Assembly (NCBI GenBank): GCA_963771355.1
Contig: CAVYTA010000007.1
Location: 352,001-416,000 of the forward strand
Direction: 5' to 3'
Origin: an uncultured Candidatus Rokubacteria bacterium
GTDB lineage: Bacteria; Methylomirabilota; Methylomirabilia; Rokubacteriales; CSP1-6
Length of the DNA: 64,000 nt
A program made the translations under genes and the position numbers. Position 1 is the first letter of the stretch. The number at the start of each line of letters is the position of its first letter. The notes beneath the pieces were generated by a model that was not told where the DNA came from, ran no database searches, and saw only the letters and a program-made list of their open reading frames with translations. Shown here piece after piece: positions 53,697 through 62,838 of this stretch.

Positions 53697-53772
53697 AGGC
53701 GGGTAGCTCAGTTGGGAGAGCGCGGCCCTTACAAGGCTGAGGTCGGGAGTTCAATCCTCCCCCCGCCTACCA
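53697..53772 (+). tRNA. tRNA-Val(TAC)
   Basis: 76-nt cloverleaf: AGGCGGG/CCCGCCT acceptor stem, GCTC/GAGC D-stem, loop CTTACAA, GGGAG-TTCAATC-CTCCC, encoded CCA. Confidence 0.97.
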
Positions 53773-53819
53773 AACAAGATAGGGGTTTAGTGAGCACTCC
53801 CAGCTCCGCTCCTGGGGTG

Positions 53820-53840
53820 GGTGCCGAAATAGTGCCACTT
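53820..53840 (+). repeat. Putative integrase arm-type site, left copy
   Basis: GGTGCCGAAATAGTGCCACTT; 20/21 identical to 57507-57527. Confidence 0.65.
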
Positions 53841-54084
53841 GAGAACGTCCTCCCATCGTCGGGACAGAGTTCGAACGCGAGGAATTCATGGGCTGATGGC
53901 GTCAGCGCTTCAGGGCGGCCACGCCGTAGGGAGACATGAACATGGAAACTTAACCCTTAGTTCCCTAGGCCTGTCTGCCACTTGACGGTACTGCTTTGCC
54001 CAGCTAGCATTACGACTCTCCTCGAGTATCGCTTTGACGTCGGCCCTGGGGAGCGCCGCCTATGCTCTCGGTCCCAACGCGAAC

Positions 54085-55278
54085 ATGAAGCGACGGCCGT
54101 TCTTCTGGGGGCTGATCCTGGGCACCCTCGGCACGCGGCTCGCCATCGGCCGCCGCCTCGAGCTGGCAGAGGTTTCCGACATGACGCCCTTCACCGTCGA
54201 CGCCCTCGTCGCCGCTGTGGCTCTCGGGGCAGCGGTCCTATTCGTGGTCGCATGGCTACTCGCGTTCCGAAGAACCCCGCGCCGCTCGACCGAGTCCCCG
54301 CCTAGTCCGGGTCCCTCCCTGGATCCTTCGCTGAAGGCCGACCTCGACGAGGCGCGTCGCCAGCTGGCGGCGCGCAGCGCGCAGCTGACCTTCACGAAGG
54401 AGCTCCTGCTGAAGCGCACTGAGGACATGGACCGCCTCGCGGCCGAGCAAACCGCCATGGCCTCCCGCCTCGACGAAGCCCAGGCCGCCGCGGACCGCTG
54501 GCGCGGTGAGTATGAGCAGGTCGCCACCGAGCTCCGGGCCGAGCGCGCCCGGTTCGCGGCCGAGCAGACGCGATTGTCCGGCGAGCTGATGCGCGGCACG
54601 CTGGACGCAAGCCAGCGCGCGCACGAAATGCTCGACTCGATGCGCGAGCTGCTGCGGCGCACCGAGGAGACCAACGCGCTCCGTGTCGAGTTGGTGGGAC
54701 TCCGCGCAGAGCTGGAGCGTGCCCGCTCGGCCGCGCCTGCCCTGCCCGCACCTCCAGAGCTGATCGACCTCTCGCGCGCCGAGGCGAAGGCGCTCGTGCT
54801 GGAGCCGGAGGCGGTAGACGTGGAAAGCGCCCTTCGCCAGGCGGCCCTGGACGCGACCGAGCGTCTGCAGCGCAAGCTCAGCGATTTCCTGGTCGCGGCC
54901 GAGCCGGGCCTTCCCCTCGTGCGCGCCGACCGGACCCGCCTCGCGCAGATTCTGGCCGCCCTTGTCCAATGCGGGGGCCCCGCCAAGACGGTGCTGTCAG
55001 CCCGCCGGGCCGGCGAGTTCGTCGCGCTCGGCGTCGCCCACCCCGACCTCACCGTCGCGGACGGCGCGCGCCTCTTCGATCCGCTCGCTGCCAACGGCGA
55101 GGACGGCGCCACAGGCGTCCGGCTCGCCCTCGCGCGAGCGCTGGCGACGCTGAGCGGCGGCGAGCTGACGGTGACGGCGGGCGAGGTGACCGGCACCGTC
55201 TTCACGCTAACGCTGCCCGCGGCCACGCGAGGCGATTGGCTGGCCCGGCCGCGAGTGCGTCCGCTTACCGACGCCTGA
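54085..55278 (+). CDS. Membrane-anchored coiled-coil protein with degenerate HATPase_c-like C-terminus
   Basis: TM helices, long heptad region, VRADRTRLAQIL...LFDP...GVRLALARALATLSGGELTV...GTVFTLTLP. Confidence 0.7.
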   Translation: MKRRPFFWGLILGTLGTRLAIGRRLELAEVSDMTPFTVDALVAAVALGAAVLFVVAWLLAFRRTPRRSTESPPSPGPSLDPSLKADLDEARRQLAARSAQLTFTKELLLKRTEDMDRLAAEQTAMASRLDEAQAAADRWRGEYEQVATELRAERARFAAEQTRLSGELMRGTLDASQRAHEMLDSMRELLRRTEETNALRVELVGLRAELERARSAAPALPAPPELIDLSRAEAKALVLEPEAVDVESALRQAALDATERLQRKLSDFLVAAEPGLPLVRADRTRLAQILAALVQCGGPAKTVLSARRAGEFVALGVAHPDLTVADGARLFDPLAANGEDGATGVRLALARALATLSGGELTVTAGEVTGTVFTLTLPAATRGDWLARPRVRPLTDA

Positions 55279-55289
55279 CGGGGAGACGC

Positions 55290-56984
55290 GTGGATTGGGT
55301 CGCCCAGACGCTCCGACAGTATCCGGAGATCGCCATCCTCGCCGCGCTCGGGATCGGGTTGGGCGTGGGGCCGCTGAAGTTGGGGAAGTTCAGTCTCGGG
55401 AATGTGACCGCGGTGCTGCTGGCGGGAGTACTCATCGGGCAGCTCGACATCGCGATCTCGCCGAGCGTGAAATCGGTGTTCTTCCTGATGTTCCTCTTCG
55501 CGACGGGCTACGACGTGGGACCGCAGTTTGTTCGCGGACTGAAGCGCGACGGCCTGCCCCAGGTGCTCTTCGCCTGCGTCCTGTGCGTCGCCGTGCTCCT
55601 GTCCACCTACGTCGCCGCCAGCCTGGCCGGGTACCATGCGGGCCTCGCGGCCGGACTTCTCTCCGGTGCCGCCACCAGCTCGGGGGTGCTCGGGGTGGCG
55701 ACCGACACCATCAACGGGCTCGGTCTCCCGTCGGACCGCGCGAAAGCGTGGACCGACGCCATGCCCGTCGCCTACGCAGTCACCTACCTCTTCGGGACGG
55801 CCGGTTCGGCGTGGTTCCTGGCGTTCATCGGGCCCAGGCTCCTCGGCGTCGATCTCGTCCAGGAGTGCAAGGACTACGAGCGAGGGCTGGGCGGACCGAA
55901 GGCCCAGGCGGGTGGGCTCGGCACCGACGCCAAGGTGGCGTTCCGCGCGTGCACGATCGCGTCGGATTCGAAGTTCGTGGGCCAGCGCTTCGCGGACCTC
56001 GAGGAGAGCCTCGCGGAGCCCGGGATCCCCGCCTTCGTCGACGCCGTCCGGCGGGACGGCCATATCGTGACCCCCGATCCCGACGGGCCGATACAGGGCG
56101 GCGACGTGCTGGCGATCGTGGCCGCGCGCGAGGCGTTCCTCAGGAGGGAGGCAGACCTCGGCGCCGAGGTGGACGACCGCGAGCTGCTCGCCTCCCCGCT
56201 CGAGATCGTGGATATCGTCATCACGAACAAGACCGTGGCCGGGAAGACCCTTCAGCAGATCGATGCGACGCATGACCACCAGGGTCCCGGCGTGGTTCTC
56301 CGCAAGCTGATACGTCAGGGGCATGAGATGCCCTTCACGCTCGGGACCACGGTGGACCGCGGCGACGTGCTGCAGGTCATCGGCGCCGCGCGTGACGTCG
56401 AGCGGGCGATCGAGGTGCTGGGCTATGCCGATCGGTTCGGCGGGAGGACCGGCGCGGTATTCATGGGGCTGGGCATCCTGGCAGGCATCGTGGTCGGGGC
56501 GTTCAGCATTCTGATCAGCGGCGTGCCCCTTAGCCTCACGACCAGCGCCGCGGCCTTCGTCGCCGGTCTGCTGGGCGGCTATCTCCGAGCCGTCAATCGC
56601 ACCTTGGGCCGAATCCCCGAGTCCACCCTGTGGGCGTTCAACAACATGGGGCTCACGATCTTCATCGCGGTGGTGGGGATCAGCACGGGCCCCGGATTCC
56701 TCAACGGCCTGAAAGAGGCCGGCATGAGCCTGTTCTTGTGGGGCATGTTCGTGACGGTGATGCCCTTGATCGTGGCGATCCTCGCGGGGAAGTACGTGTT
56801 CAAGTTCCATCCCGGCGTACTGCTCGGCGCCTGCGCGGGCGCGCGCACCAACACCGCGGCGCTGGGGGCCGTCCAGGACGTGGCGCAGAGCAACGTCCCC
56901 GCGCTCGGCTACACGATCACCTACGCGGTCGGCAACATACTCCTGATCTTCTGGGGTGTGGTGATCGTGCTCATGCTGAGGTGA
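55290..56984 (+). CDS. AspT/YidE/YbjL family antiporter with TrkA-C domains
   Basis: GTG start; FLFATGYDVGPQF, AAGLLSGAATSS, YAVTYLFGT, GACAGARTNTAALG, LGYTITYAVGNI. Confidence 0.9.
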   Translation: MDWVAQTLRQYPEIAILAALGIGLGVGPLKLGKFSLGNVTAVLLAGVLIGQLDIAISPSVKSVFFLMFLFATGYDVGPQFVRGLKRDGLPQVLFACVLCVAVLLSTYVAASLAGYHAGLAAGLLSGAATSSGVLGVATDTINGLGLPSDRAKAWTDAMPVAYAVTYLFGTAGSAWFLAFIGPRLLGVDLVQECKDYERGLGGPKAQAGGLGTDAKVAFRACTIASDSKFVGQRFADLEESLAEPGIPAFVDAVRRDGHIVTPDPDGPIQGGDVLAIVAAREAFLRREADLGAEVDDRELLASPLEIVDIVITNKTVAGKTLQQIDATHDHQGPGVVLRKLIRQGHEMPFTLGTTVDRGDVLQVIGAARDVERAIEVLGYADRFGGRTGAVFMGLGILAGIVVGAFSILISGVPLSLTTSAAAFVAGLLGGYLRAVNRTLGRIPESTLWAFNNMGLTIFIAVVGISTGPGFLNGLKEAGMSLFLWGMFVTVMPLIVAILAGKYVFKFHPGVLLGACAGARTNTAALGAVQDVAQSNVPALGYTITYAVGNILLIFWGVVIVLMLR

Positions 56985-57188
56985 GCGTGTGGAATCGGCG
57001 ATGTTCGCCGACGCCTTCGAGACCGGCGAAATCACGAAACCTTCGACTACCCGACCGACCTGAAGAAGTAGCGGGGTCACTTCTCCTCTCCCTCCGCAAT
57101 TCTGTTTTTGCTGAAGCTGCGAATTTTCTTGAATGACTCTGGCGCTCGCCGAAAAGCGTGAGTATGGTCATCAGTAGGAGTGACGCTG

Positions 57189-57269
57189 ATGATCCGACGT
57201 GGACTCACGATGATCCGCTGGCTCGCAGTTGGCACCATGGCTGCCACCGCCTACTTCCTCGCCGGCTGA
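57189..57269 (+). CDS. Candidate 26-aa hydrophobic peptide
   Basis: AGGAG 8 nt before ATG; MIRRGLTMIRWLAVGTMAATAYFLAG*. Confidence 0.45.
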   Translation: MIRRGLTMIRWLAVGTMAATAYFLAG

Positions 57270-57506
57270 AACATTCGCGGTTCTCCTCGGCAGGCGATCA
57301 TCGCGCCTGCGCCTCGAGGAATGCCGCCAACATGACGGCCCGCCCCAACCCCCACGGGAGTGAGAAGTAAAGCGCGGCGGAAGGGTGGGGCGAGCACCCG
57401 CTACAGGCGGGGTGAGGCAGGGGCTAGTCCGAACAGGTTGGGGAAGGACGGTTCGAAGTACCCCGTAGCGGCGAGAGCGACATGGGGGCCTCAGACTGAG
57501 ATAGCC

Positions 57507-57527
57507 GGTGCCGAAATAGCGCCACTT
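57507..57527 (+). repeat. Putative integrase arm-type site, right copy
   Basis: GGTGCCGAAATAGCGCCACTT. Confidence 0.65.
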
Positions 57528-57658
57528 CGCGATGTCGCTCACGCTCACAGGCAATCACACCGCCACATAGCCAACTGAGTGGTAAGGGGCGGTAGGCGCT
57601 CGCTGTTTGTCCCTTCCACTCACTCCATGCGACTCGATGTAAGATGCCCTTGGACGGT

Positions 57659-57703
57659 CTTACAAGGCTGAGGTCGGGAGTTCAATCCTCCCCCCGCCTA
57701 CCA
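57659..57703 (+). repeat. Displaced 3' fragment of tRNA-Val (att duplication)
   Basis: CTTACAAGGCTGAGGTCGGGAGTTCAATCCTCCCCCCGCCTACCA, identical to 53728-53772; no tRNA 5' half upstream. Confidence 0.92.
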
Positions 57704-57712
57704 TCAATCACT

Positions 57713-57772
57713 CAGGGGTTTCCGGGCGATCTCGTAGTTCCACCTCGTGGAGCGGGACCCGGAAAACCCCTG
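57713..57772. other. Long hairpin just downstream of the att copy
   Basis: CAGGGGTTTCCGGG / CCCGGAAAACCCCTG arms with one bulge, inner TCCAC/GTGGA stem. Confidence 0.6.
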
Positions 57773-57829
57773 GACCCGATAATTGGAGATGGAATTGTCG
57801 CTGCGGGCACGGGCGGATCAGGTGATCGA

Positions 57830-58441
57830 GTGACTGAGGAACGTCCGGGCGCAGATCAACCGCCTGCTAGCGATGCTCAATGGGCCGCCGAGATGTTCGC
57901 CGCGCTCGGCTACCACGCCCTCCCACCCATCTCGGCCGACAGGGCGCCCGCCTTCCAGGCGCTCCACCAGTGGCTCGACTCCTGGCGGGGGATCGGCGAT
58001 CTCGAGCGCGGGATGCACCGGCAGGGATTCGATCTTCACCTCGCCCGGGAAGCCGACGAGGGCTGGCGGGCAACCTTCTTCGGGAGCGGGAAAGTGCACT
58101 CCCTCCCCGCGCCCACCGGGACGGCCTGGGAGAGGACGCCCTGGCTCGCTGTCCAGCGGGCCGCGGCACGGACGCTCGACAAGATGGAGCGGGCCGACGA
58201 CAAGATGCAGCGCGGCGACGACACGATGGACCGCGACAGAGGGTCGATTGGGGAGCGCCCGACGGCGCCAGCCACGGCGTCACGAGATAGCACCCACACG
58301 GAGGACCGGCTCATGAGCGTCGGACGGGCGACCAAGATCGCGGCGGGCATCCTGTTCATCCTGGCCGTGGTCGGCGTCAATTCACCGGTGTCGCTGGTCC
58401 CGCTCGGCCTGGCGGTGTGGGTACTCGGCGAGGCCGCGTGA
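57830..58441 (+). CDS. Hypothetical protein; possible separate 42-aa membrane peptide from ATG 58313
   Basis: WLDSWRGIGDLERGMHRQGFDL...GWRATF...TPWLAVQRAA; internal GGAGG at 58300 precedes ATG 58313. Confidence 0.6.
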   Translation: MTEERPGADQPPASDAQWAAEMFAALGYHALPPISADRAPAFQALHQWLDSWRGIGDLERGMHRQGFDLHLAREADEGWRATFFGSGKVHSLPAPTGTAWERTPWLAVQRAAARTLDKMERADDKMQRGDDTMDRDRGSIGERPTAPATASRDSTHTEDRLMSVGRATKIAAGILFILAVVGVNSPVSLVPLGLAVWVLGEAA

Positions 58442-58458
58442 TCGAGGTTTCGGTAGCG

Positions 58459-58815
58459 TTAGGCATTCCTATGCGCGGCCATGCGGGCGAGTTGACGAAT
58501 GAGCCCGATGGCGAGTTCTGGATTTGCGCGGACCATGCTCTCGAGACGCTGAGCCGGGATCACGAGGAGGGTTACCTGCTCCACGGCGATCGCGGTGACC
58601 GAGTGGGGCGCATCGCGGAACAAGGCCACCTCACCCAGCAAGTCGCCCTTGACGAGAGTGTTGAGGACCCGCTCCTCTCCGTCAACCCGGCGCCGCGCTT
58701 CGACCGTACCCTCATGGACCAAGTAGGCTTCGCTCTGCGACTCATCGCCTTCCCGGAAGATCACAGCCCCGGGCTCGAATGTCCTAGTCGGCAAGTCTTC
58801 GATCGGCTCAGGCAC
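58459..58815 (-). CDS. Stand-alone cyclic-nucleotide-binding domain protein
   Basis: VIFREGD, YLVHEGTV, GDLLGEVALF, SVTAIA. Confidence 0.85.
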   Translation of the reverse strand: MPEPIEDLPTRTFEPGAVIFREGDESQSEAYLVHEGTVEARRRVDGEERVLNTLVKGDLLGEVALFRDAPHSVTAIAVEQVTLLVIPAQRLESMVRANPELAIGLIRQLARMAAHRNA

Positions 58816-58956
58816 GGGCCACCTCCGCGATATCGCTCGCGAAGACTAGGGTTGCCGGAGCCGGGATGTCAAGAGCTATGATCCCCGGAAGGGCTTTGTC
58901 TACGGTCCGTTGAGCCAGCGCTCGGAACTGAACGCACAAAACGAAGGAGGCCCCGC

Positions 58957-60399
58957 ATGCATGGCTTCGTCGCCGGATTGCTCGTGGCGCTCGTGCTCGT
59001 CGCTCCCTCTGCTGCCGGCGCCCAGGACACCCGGACCGCGCTCGAGACTGCCGCCCGGGCGTCGGGGGCGGCCGGGCTCAAGTCCATCCAGATCACCGGC
59101 ACCGGCACGAGCTACGCCGCGGGCCAGGCGCCCGCCCCCGGCCTGCCCTGGCCGAAGTTCAATGTGAAGAGCCTCACCCGCGACGTCGACTACGACACCG
59201 CCTCGCTGCGGGATGACTACGTCCGCACCCAGGCCGAGAATCCGCCGCGGGGCGGCGGGGTGCAGCCGGTGCGGGGCGAGGCGCGGCAGATCCTGGTGGT
59301 GAGCGGAGATCTCGCCTGGAACGTGGTGGCGGACGCCCCCGTCCCCGCGCCCATCGGGCTGGCCGAGCGCCAGTTCCAGCTCTGGTCCACCCCGCATGGC
59401 GTGATCAAGGGCGCCATGGCGAACAATGCCACCGTGCAGGGGCGGACCATCGCTTTCGGGGTGCCCGGGCGCTTCAGCCTGCGCGCCACCCTCAATGACC
59501 AGAATCTCGTGGAGCGGGTAGAGGGGCTGCTGCCGAATCCCGTGGTGGGCGACCTTCCCGTCGAGATCGCCTACTCGGAGTACAAGGACTTCGGCGGCGT
59601 GAAGTACCCGACGCGCATCCGGCAGTCCGCTGCCGGCTTCCCGACGCTCGACATCACCGTCACCGACGTGCGGCCGAACGCGGCGGTGGACATCCGGGTA
59701 CCGGAGCCGGCGCGGCAAGCCACCGGATTCTACGCAAAGATCGCCAGCCAGAAGGTGGCCGACGGCGTCTGGTACGTGACGGGCGGGAGCCATCACAGCG
59801 TGGTCATCGAGATGCGGGACCACGTGATCGTCGCGGAAGGGCCGCAAAATGACGAGCGCGCGCTGGCGGTGATCGGGGAGACGCGCCGGCTGGTGGCGGG
59901 CAAGCCGATCCGGTACGTCATCGCCAGCCACAACCACTTCGACCACACGGGCGGCCTGCGCGCGTTCGCCGCCGAGGGCATTACCGTCATCACCCACGAG
60001 GTGCACCGGGCCTTCTTCGAGCGGGCGCTGGCCGCGCCGGCCACCATCGCTCCCGATCACCTGGCGAAGTCGGGCAAGAAGGGAATGGTGGAAGGCGTGC
60101 GGGACCGCAGGGTGCTCACCGACGGGACGCGGACGGTGGAGCTGCGCCACATCGTCGGCAATGGCCATGACGACGGGCTGCTCATGGTCTACCTGCCCGC
60201 CGAGAAGCTCGTGATCGAGGCCGACGTGTTCACGCCGCTGGCGCCGAACGCGCCCCCGCCGACGCCGGTGAGCCCGTTCAGCGTCAATTTCGCGGACAAT
60301 CTCACGCAGCAGGGGCTGGTGGTCGACCAGATCCTTCCGCTCCACGGCCGCGTGGTCCCGCTGGCCGAGCTCTACCGGACGATCGGCCGGACCCCCTAG
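58957..60399 (+). CDS. Exported metallo-beta-lactamase-fold hydrolase
   Basis: Signal peptide; SHNHFDHTGG, GHDDGLL, EADVF, PLHG. Confidence 0.88.
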   Translation: MHGFVAGLLVALVLVAPSAAGAQDTRTALETAARASGAAGLKSIQITGTGTSYAAGQAPAPGLPWPKFNVKSLTRDVDYDTASLRDDYVRTQAENPPRGGGVQPVRGEARQILVVSGDLAWNVVADAPVPAPIGLAERQFQLWSTPHGVIKGAMANNATVQGRTIAFGVPGRFSLRATLNDQNLVERVEGLLPNPVVGDLPVEIAYSEYKDFGGVKYPTRIRQSAAGFPTLDITVTDVRPNAAVDIRVPEPARQATGFYAKIASQKVADGVWYVTGGSHHSVVIEMRDHVIVAEGPQNDERALAVIGETRRLVAGKPIRYVIASHNHFDHTGGLRAFAAEGITVITHEVHRAFFERALAAPATIAPDHLAKSGKKGMVEGVRDRRVLTDGTRTVELRHIVGNGHDDGLLMVYLPAEKLVIEADVFTPLAPNAPPPTPVSPFSVNFADNLTQQGLVVDQILPLHGRVVPLAELYRTIGRTP

Positions 60400-61676
60400 C
60401 CGGCGGCCGCGCGGAGACGCCGGGCCAGCGAGGCACGCAGCCGGCCCGGCGTCACGCGCCCAAGCGTGATCCGCTCCGCGCCCACGAAGGTGCCCAGCGA
60501 CACGAGCGCCTGGGCGAGGCCGTCGAGCGCGGCGTCCGGATCGAGGACCTCGCCGGCGAGAGGCGACGCCTCTCCCTTCGCCAGCCAGGGCTCGAAGTGT
60601 ACGTGCAGCACCTCCAGCTGTTTCTCGGCGCGATGCGTTTTCGCGTCCAGGCGACCGATGAGATGGCCGTCGTGGAGGATGGGCAGGGTGTAGTAGCCGT
60701 GCACGCGCTTTGGCCCCGGCGTGTAGACCTCGATCCGGTACTCGAAATCGAAGAGCCGCACCACACGGTCGCGGTGCCAGAGCAACGAATCGAAGGGCGA
60801 CAGCAGGGTCGTGCCCGTGGAGAGCGCCGGGCGCCCGCTCGCCCGGCGCAGCGCGGGCAGGTCACGCGCGAGCGCCCACCACGACGCGCGCGAGCCTTCC
60901 ACCTCGACGGGCACCACCTCGCCCCGCTCGCGCATGGCCGCGAAGACCGTCCGTCGGCCCATGGCGGCGGCGCGGGGGAAGGTGAGGTAACCGCCGAGAT
61001 CCTTCTCGGTGACCGCGCCCATCGCGTGGAGAGAGCGCTCGAGATGCCAGCGCCGGAACTCCTCGGCGGTCACCGGGCGGGCGGCGAGCGCCTCGTCCAG
61101 GACCCGCTCGGTGAGGTCGAAGCGCTTCTGGAAGTGCCGGCGCGAGTGGATGGCGAGATCGCCCGTCATCCAGAGGTGATGGAGCGCGTGGTGCACGGGG
61201 CGCCAGGCCCACCATCCGCCGCCCGCGCCCCGGCGGCGCCGGCGCTCGAGGTCGGCGGCCACCATGGGCCCGCCCTCGCGGATGGCGGCGCGCACCTCGC
61301 GCAGCACGCCCGCATTGCGCTGGAGCCCGGACCACCCGGTGTGGCGGATCTCATAGTCGAGCATGGCCCGCCGCCACCAGGGGAGCGAGGACGCGGGCAC
61401 GAGGCAGGCCGCGTGCGCCCAGTACTCGAAGAACAGGCGGCGGCGATAGACGAGCCCGTCGAGGCGCGCGCGGTCGTAGGGCCCGAAGCGGCTCCACACC
61501 GTGAGGTAGTGGGCCCGGTCGAGGACGTTGATGGAGTCGAGCTGAAGGCCACCCGCGTCCTCCACGAAGCGGCCCAGCCGGCGGGGGGTGAGCGCCTGCG
61601 TGCGTGGGCTCGCGAGATGCTGCCGCTCGAGAAAGAGCCCGCGCACCGCGCGCACGGGGAAGACGGGGCGAGTCAC
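60396..61676 (-). CDS. YcaQ/AlkZ (HTH_42) crosslink-repair DNA glycosylase
   Basis: GTG 61676; LQLDSINVLDRAHYL (QxD), FEYWAHAAC, LLSPFDSLLWHR, YRIEVYTP, GYYTLPIL. Confidence 0.9.
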   Translation of the reverse strand: MTRPVFPVRAVRGLFLERQHLASPRTQALTPRRLGRFVEDAGGLQLDSINVLDRAHYLTVWSRFGPYDRARLDGLVYRRRLFFEYWAHAACLVPASSLPWWRRAMLDYEIRHTGWSGLQRNAGVLREVRAAIREGGPMVAADLERRRRRGAGGGWWAWRPVHHALHHLWMTGDLAIHSRRHFQKRFDLTERVLDEALAARPVTAEEFRRWHLERSLHAMGAVTEKDLGGYLTFPRAAAMGRRTVFAAMRERGEVVPVEVEGSRASWWALARDLPALRRASGRPALSTGTTLLSPFDSLLWHRDRVVRLFDFEYRIEVYTPGPKRVHGYYTLPILHDGHLIGRLDAKTHRAEKQLEVLHVHFEPWLAKGEASPLAGEVLDPDAALDGLAQALVSLGTFVGAERITLGRVTPGRLRASLARRLRAAAG

Positions 61677-61745
61677 CGGCGAATGCTCCCACGCGGGGCC
61701 GGGCGCGTCAATGTGCCGGGGTTCCGTGTAGAATCGACCCGAGCC

Positions 61746-62366
61746 GTGACCACCCTCAGCAGCGCGCCCCCCCTCACGCAGGACGAGCCCGGACTGGGAC
61801 GGCTCCACGTCTGGCCGCTCGATCCGTCGGCGGCCTTGCTGGAGCGGCTCCTGCGGGATCTCTTCGAGAACCACTGGCGGGTCATCACCTTCGGCCCGCT
61901 CATCCAGGGATCGGCGTGGGAGATCCAGGCGGCGGCCCCGCCCCGCCGCGTCAGCCTGCTCGACGGCTATCTCACGGTGGACCTCGGGCAGTGGCACTTT
62001 CACCTCTGCATCGGCGAGCACCGGGGCAGCGCGTCGAACCCTACGCCGCCCGCGCTCGCGCGCCACCGCCGCACCAAGCGCGCGGAGCTCTACCGCCGCG
62101 TCAATGCCGACGGCGCGCCCGACTCCTGGGGGCTCCGCCTGCTCAACGGCCACGACGAGCAGCAGCTCACCGTGCTCCTGCCGAACCCCTTCCTGGGCGA
62201 CCACCACGAGTACCTGGCCGCGCCCGACTGGTCCCGCCTCGCCCTCTGGGATCACCTGCGAAACACGTACCTCGGGCTCCCGCCGGACGCGTTCGACCGG
62301 ACGGGCACGCGCTTCATCCACTCTGACCATGCTGGGCTGGTCTTGACCCTGCTGGGCTGGGCATGA
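61746..62366 (+). CDS. Hypothetical protein with HFHLCIGEH motif
   Basis: GTG 61746; FGPLIQG, DGYLTVDLGQWHFHLCIGEH, SWGLRL, LPNPFL; ATGA overlap with the next gene. Confidence 0.7.
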   Translation: MTTLSSAPPLTQDEPGLGRLHVWPLDPSAALLERLLRDLFENHWRVITFGPLIQGSAWEIQAAAPPRRVSLLDGYLTVDLGQWHFHLCIGEHRGSASNPTPPALARHRRTKRAELYRRVNADGAPDSWGLRLLNGHDEQQLTVLLPNPFLGDHHEYLAAPDWSRLALWDHLRNTYLGLPPDAFDRTGTRFIHSDHAGLVLTLLGWA

Positions 62367-62812
62367 TCGCCGCCCTCGTCTCCGCGCTGCACGTGCTGGC
62401 CCTGGCGCTCGGGCTGCCGTCGGCGTATTTCCGCGGGCGCGCCCTCCGCGGGCGACTGGACGCGGACGGGCTGCGGCAGCTCTTCCTCGCCGACAACATC
62501 TGGGGGCTCGCCGCGGCGCTCTGGCTGGTGACGGGGCTGCTGCGGGCATTCGGCGGGCTCGAGAAGGGAACGGCGTTCTACCTCGCCTCGACGCTGTTCT
62601 GGACCAAGATGGGCCTCTTCGCTCTCATCTTGCTCCTCGAGATCTGGCCCATGACGACCTTCCTGCGCTGGCGCATCGCGCGGCGGCGGGGCGCGGCGCC
62701 CGACACCTCATCCGCGCGCGGCCTCTACCTCATCAACCACGTGGAGATGGCCCTCGTGGTGCTCATGGTGTTCGTCGCCGCCTTCATGGCGCGCGGCTTC
62801 GGCGTCCGGTAG
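62363..62812 (+). CDS. DUF2214 family membrane protein
   Basis: ALHVLA, ADNIWG, TGLLR, EKGTAFY, FWTKMGLF, MARGFG. Confidence 0.8.
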   Translation: MIAALVSALHVLALALGLPSAYFRGRALRGRLDADGLRQLFLADNIWGLAAALWLVTGLLRAFGGLEKGTAFYLASTLFWTKMGLFALILLLEIWPMTTFLRWRIARRRGAAPDTSSARGLYLINHVEMALVVLMVFVAAFMARGFGVR

Positions 62813-62838
62813 CCCGCCCCGCTCCGCGTCGCGGCCCG

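Larger units (their letters stand above)
53728..57703. mobile_element. Small genomic island integrated in tRNA-Val, no integrase gene visible
   Basis: Identical 45-bp direct repeats 53728-53772 and 57659-57703 (tRNA anticodon loop to CCA). Confidence 0.85.

Noticed and set aside
54060..57080. Very long antisense or alternate-frame ORFs (this 1006-aa one, 50688-53315, 14353-16461, 22738-24735 and others)
   Set aside because: They shadow well-supported genes and show the low-complexity composition expected from stop-codon scarcity in high-GC DNA.
57659..57703. Second tRNA-Val gene
   Set aside because: Only the 3' 45 nt are present; no acceptor 5' strand or D-arm upstream.
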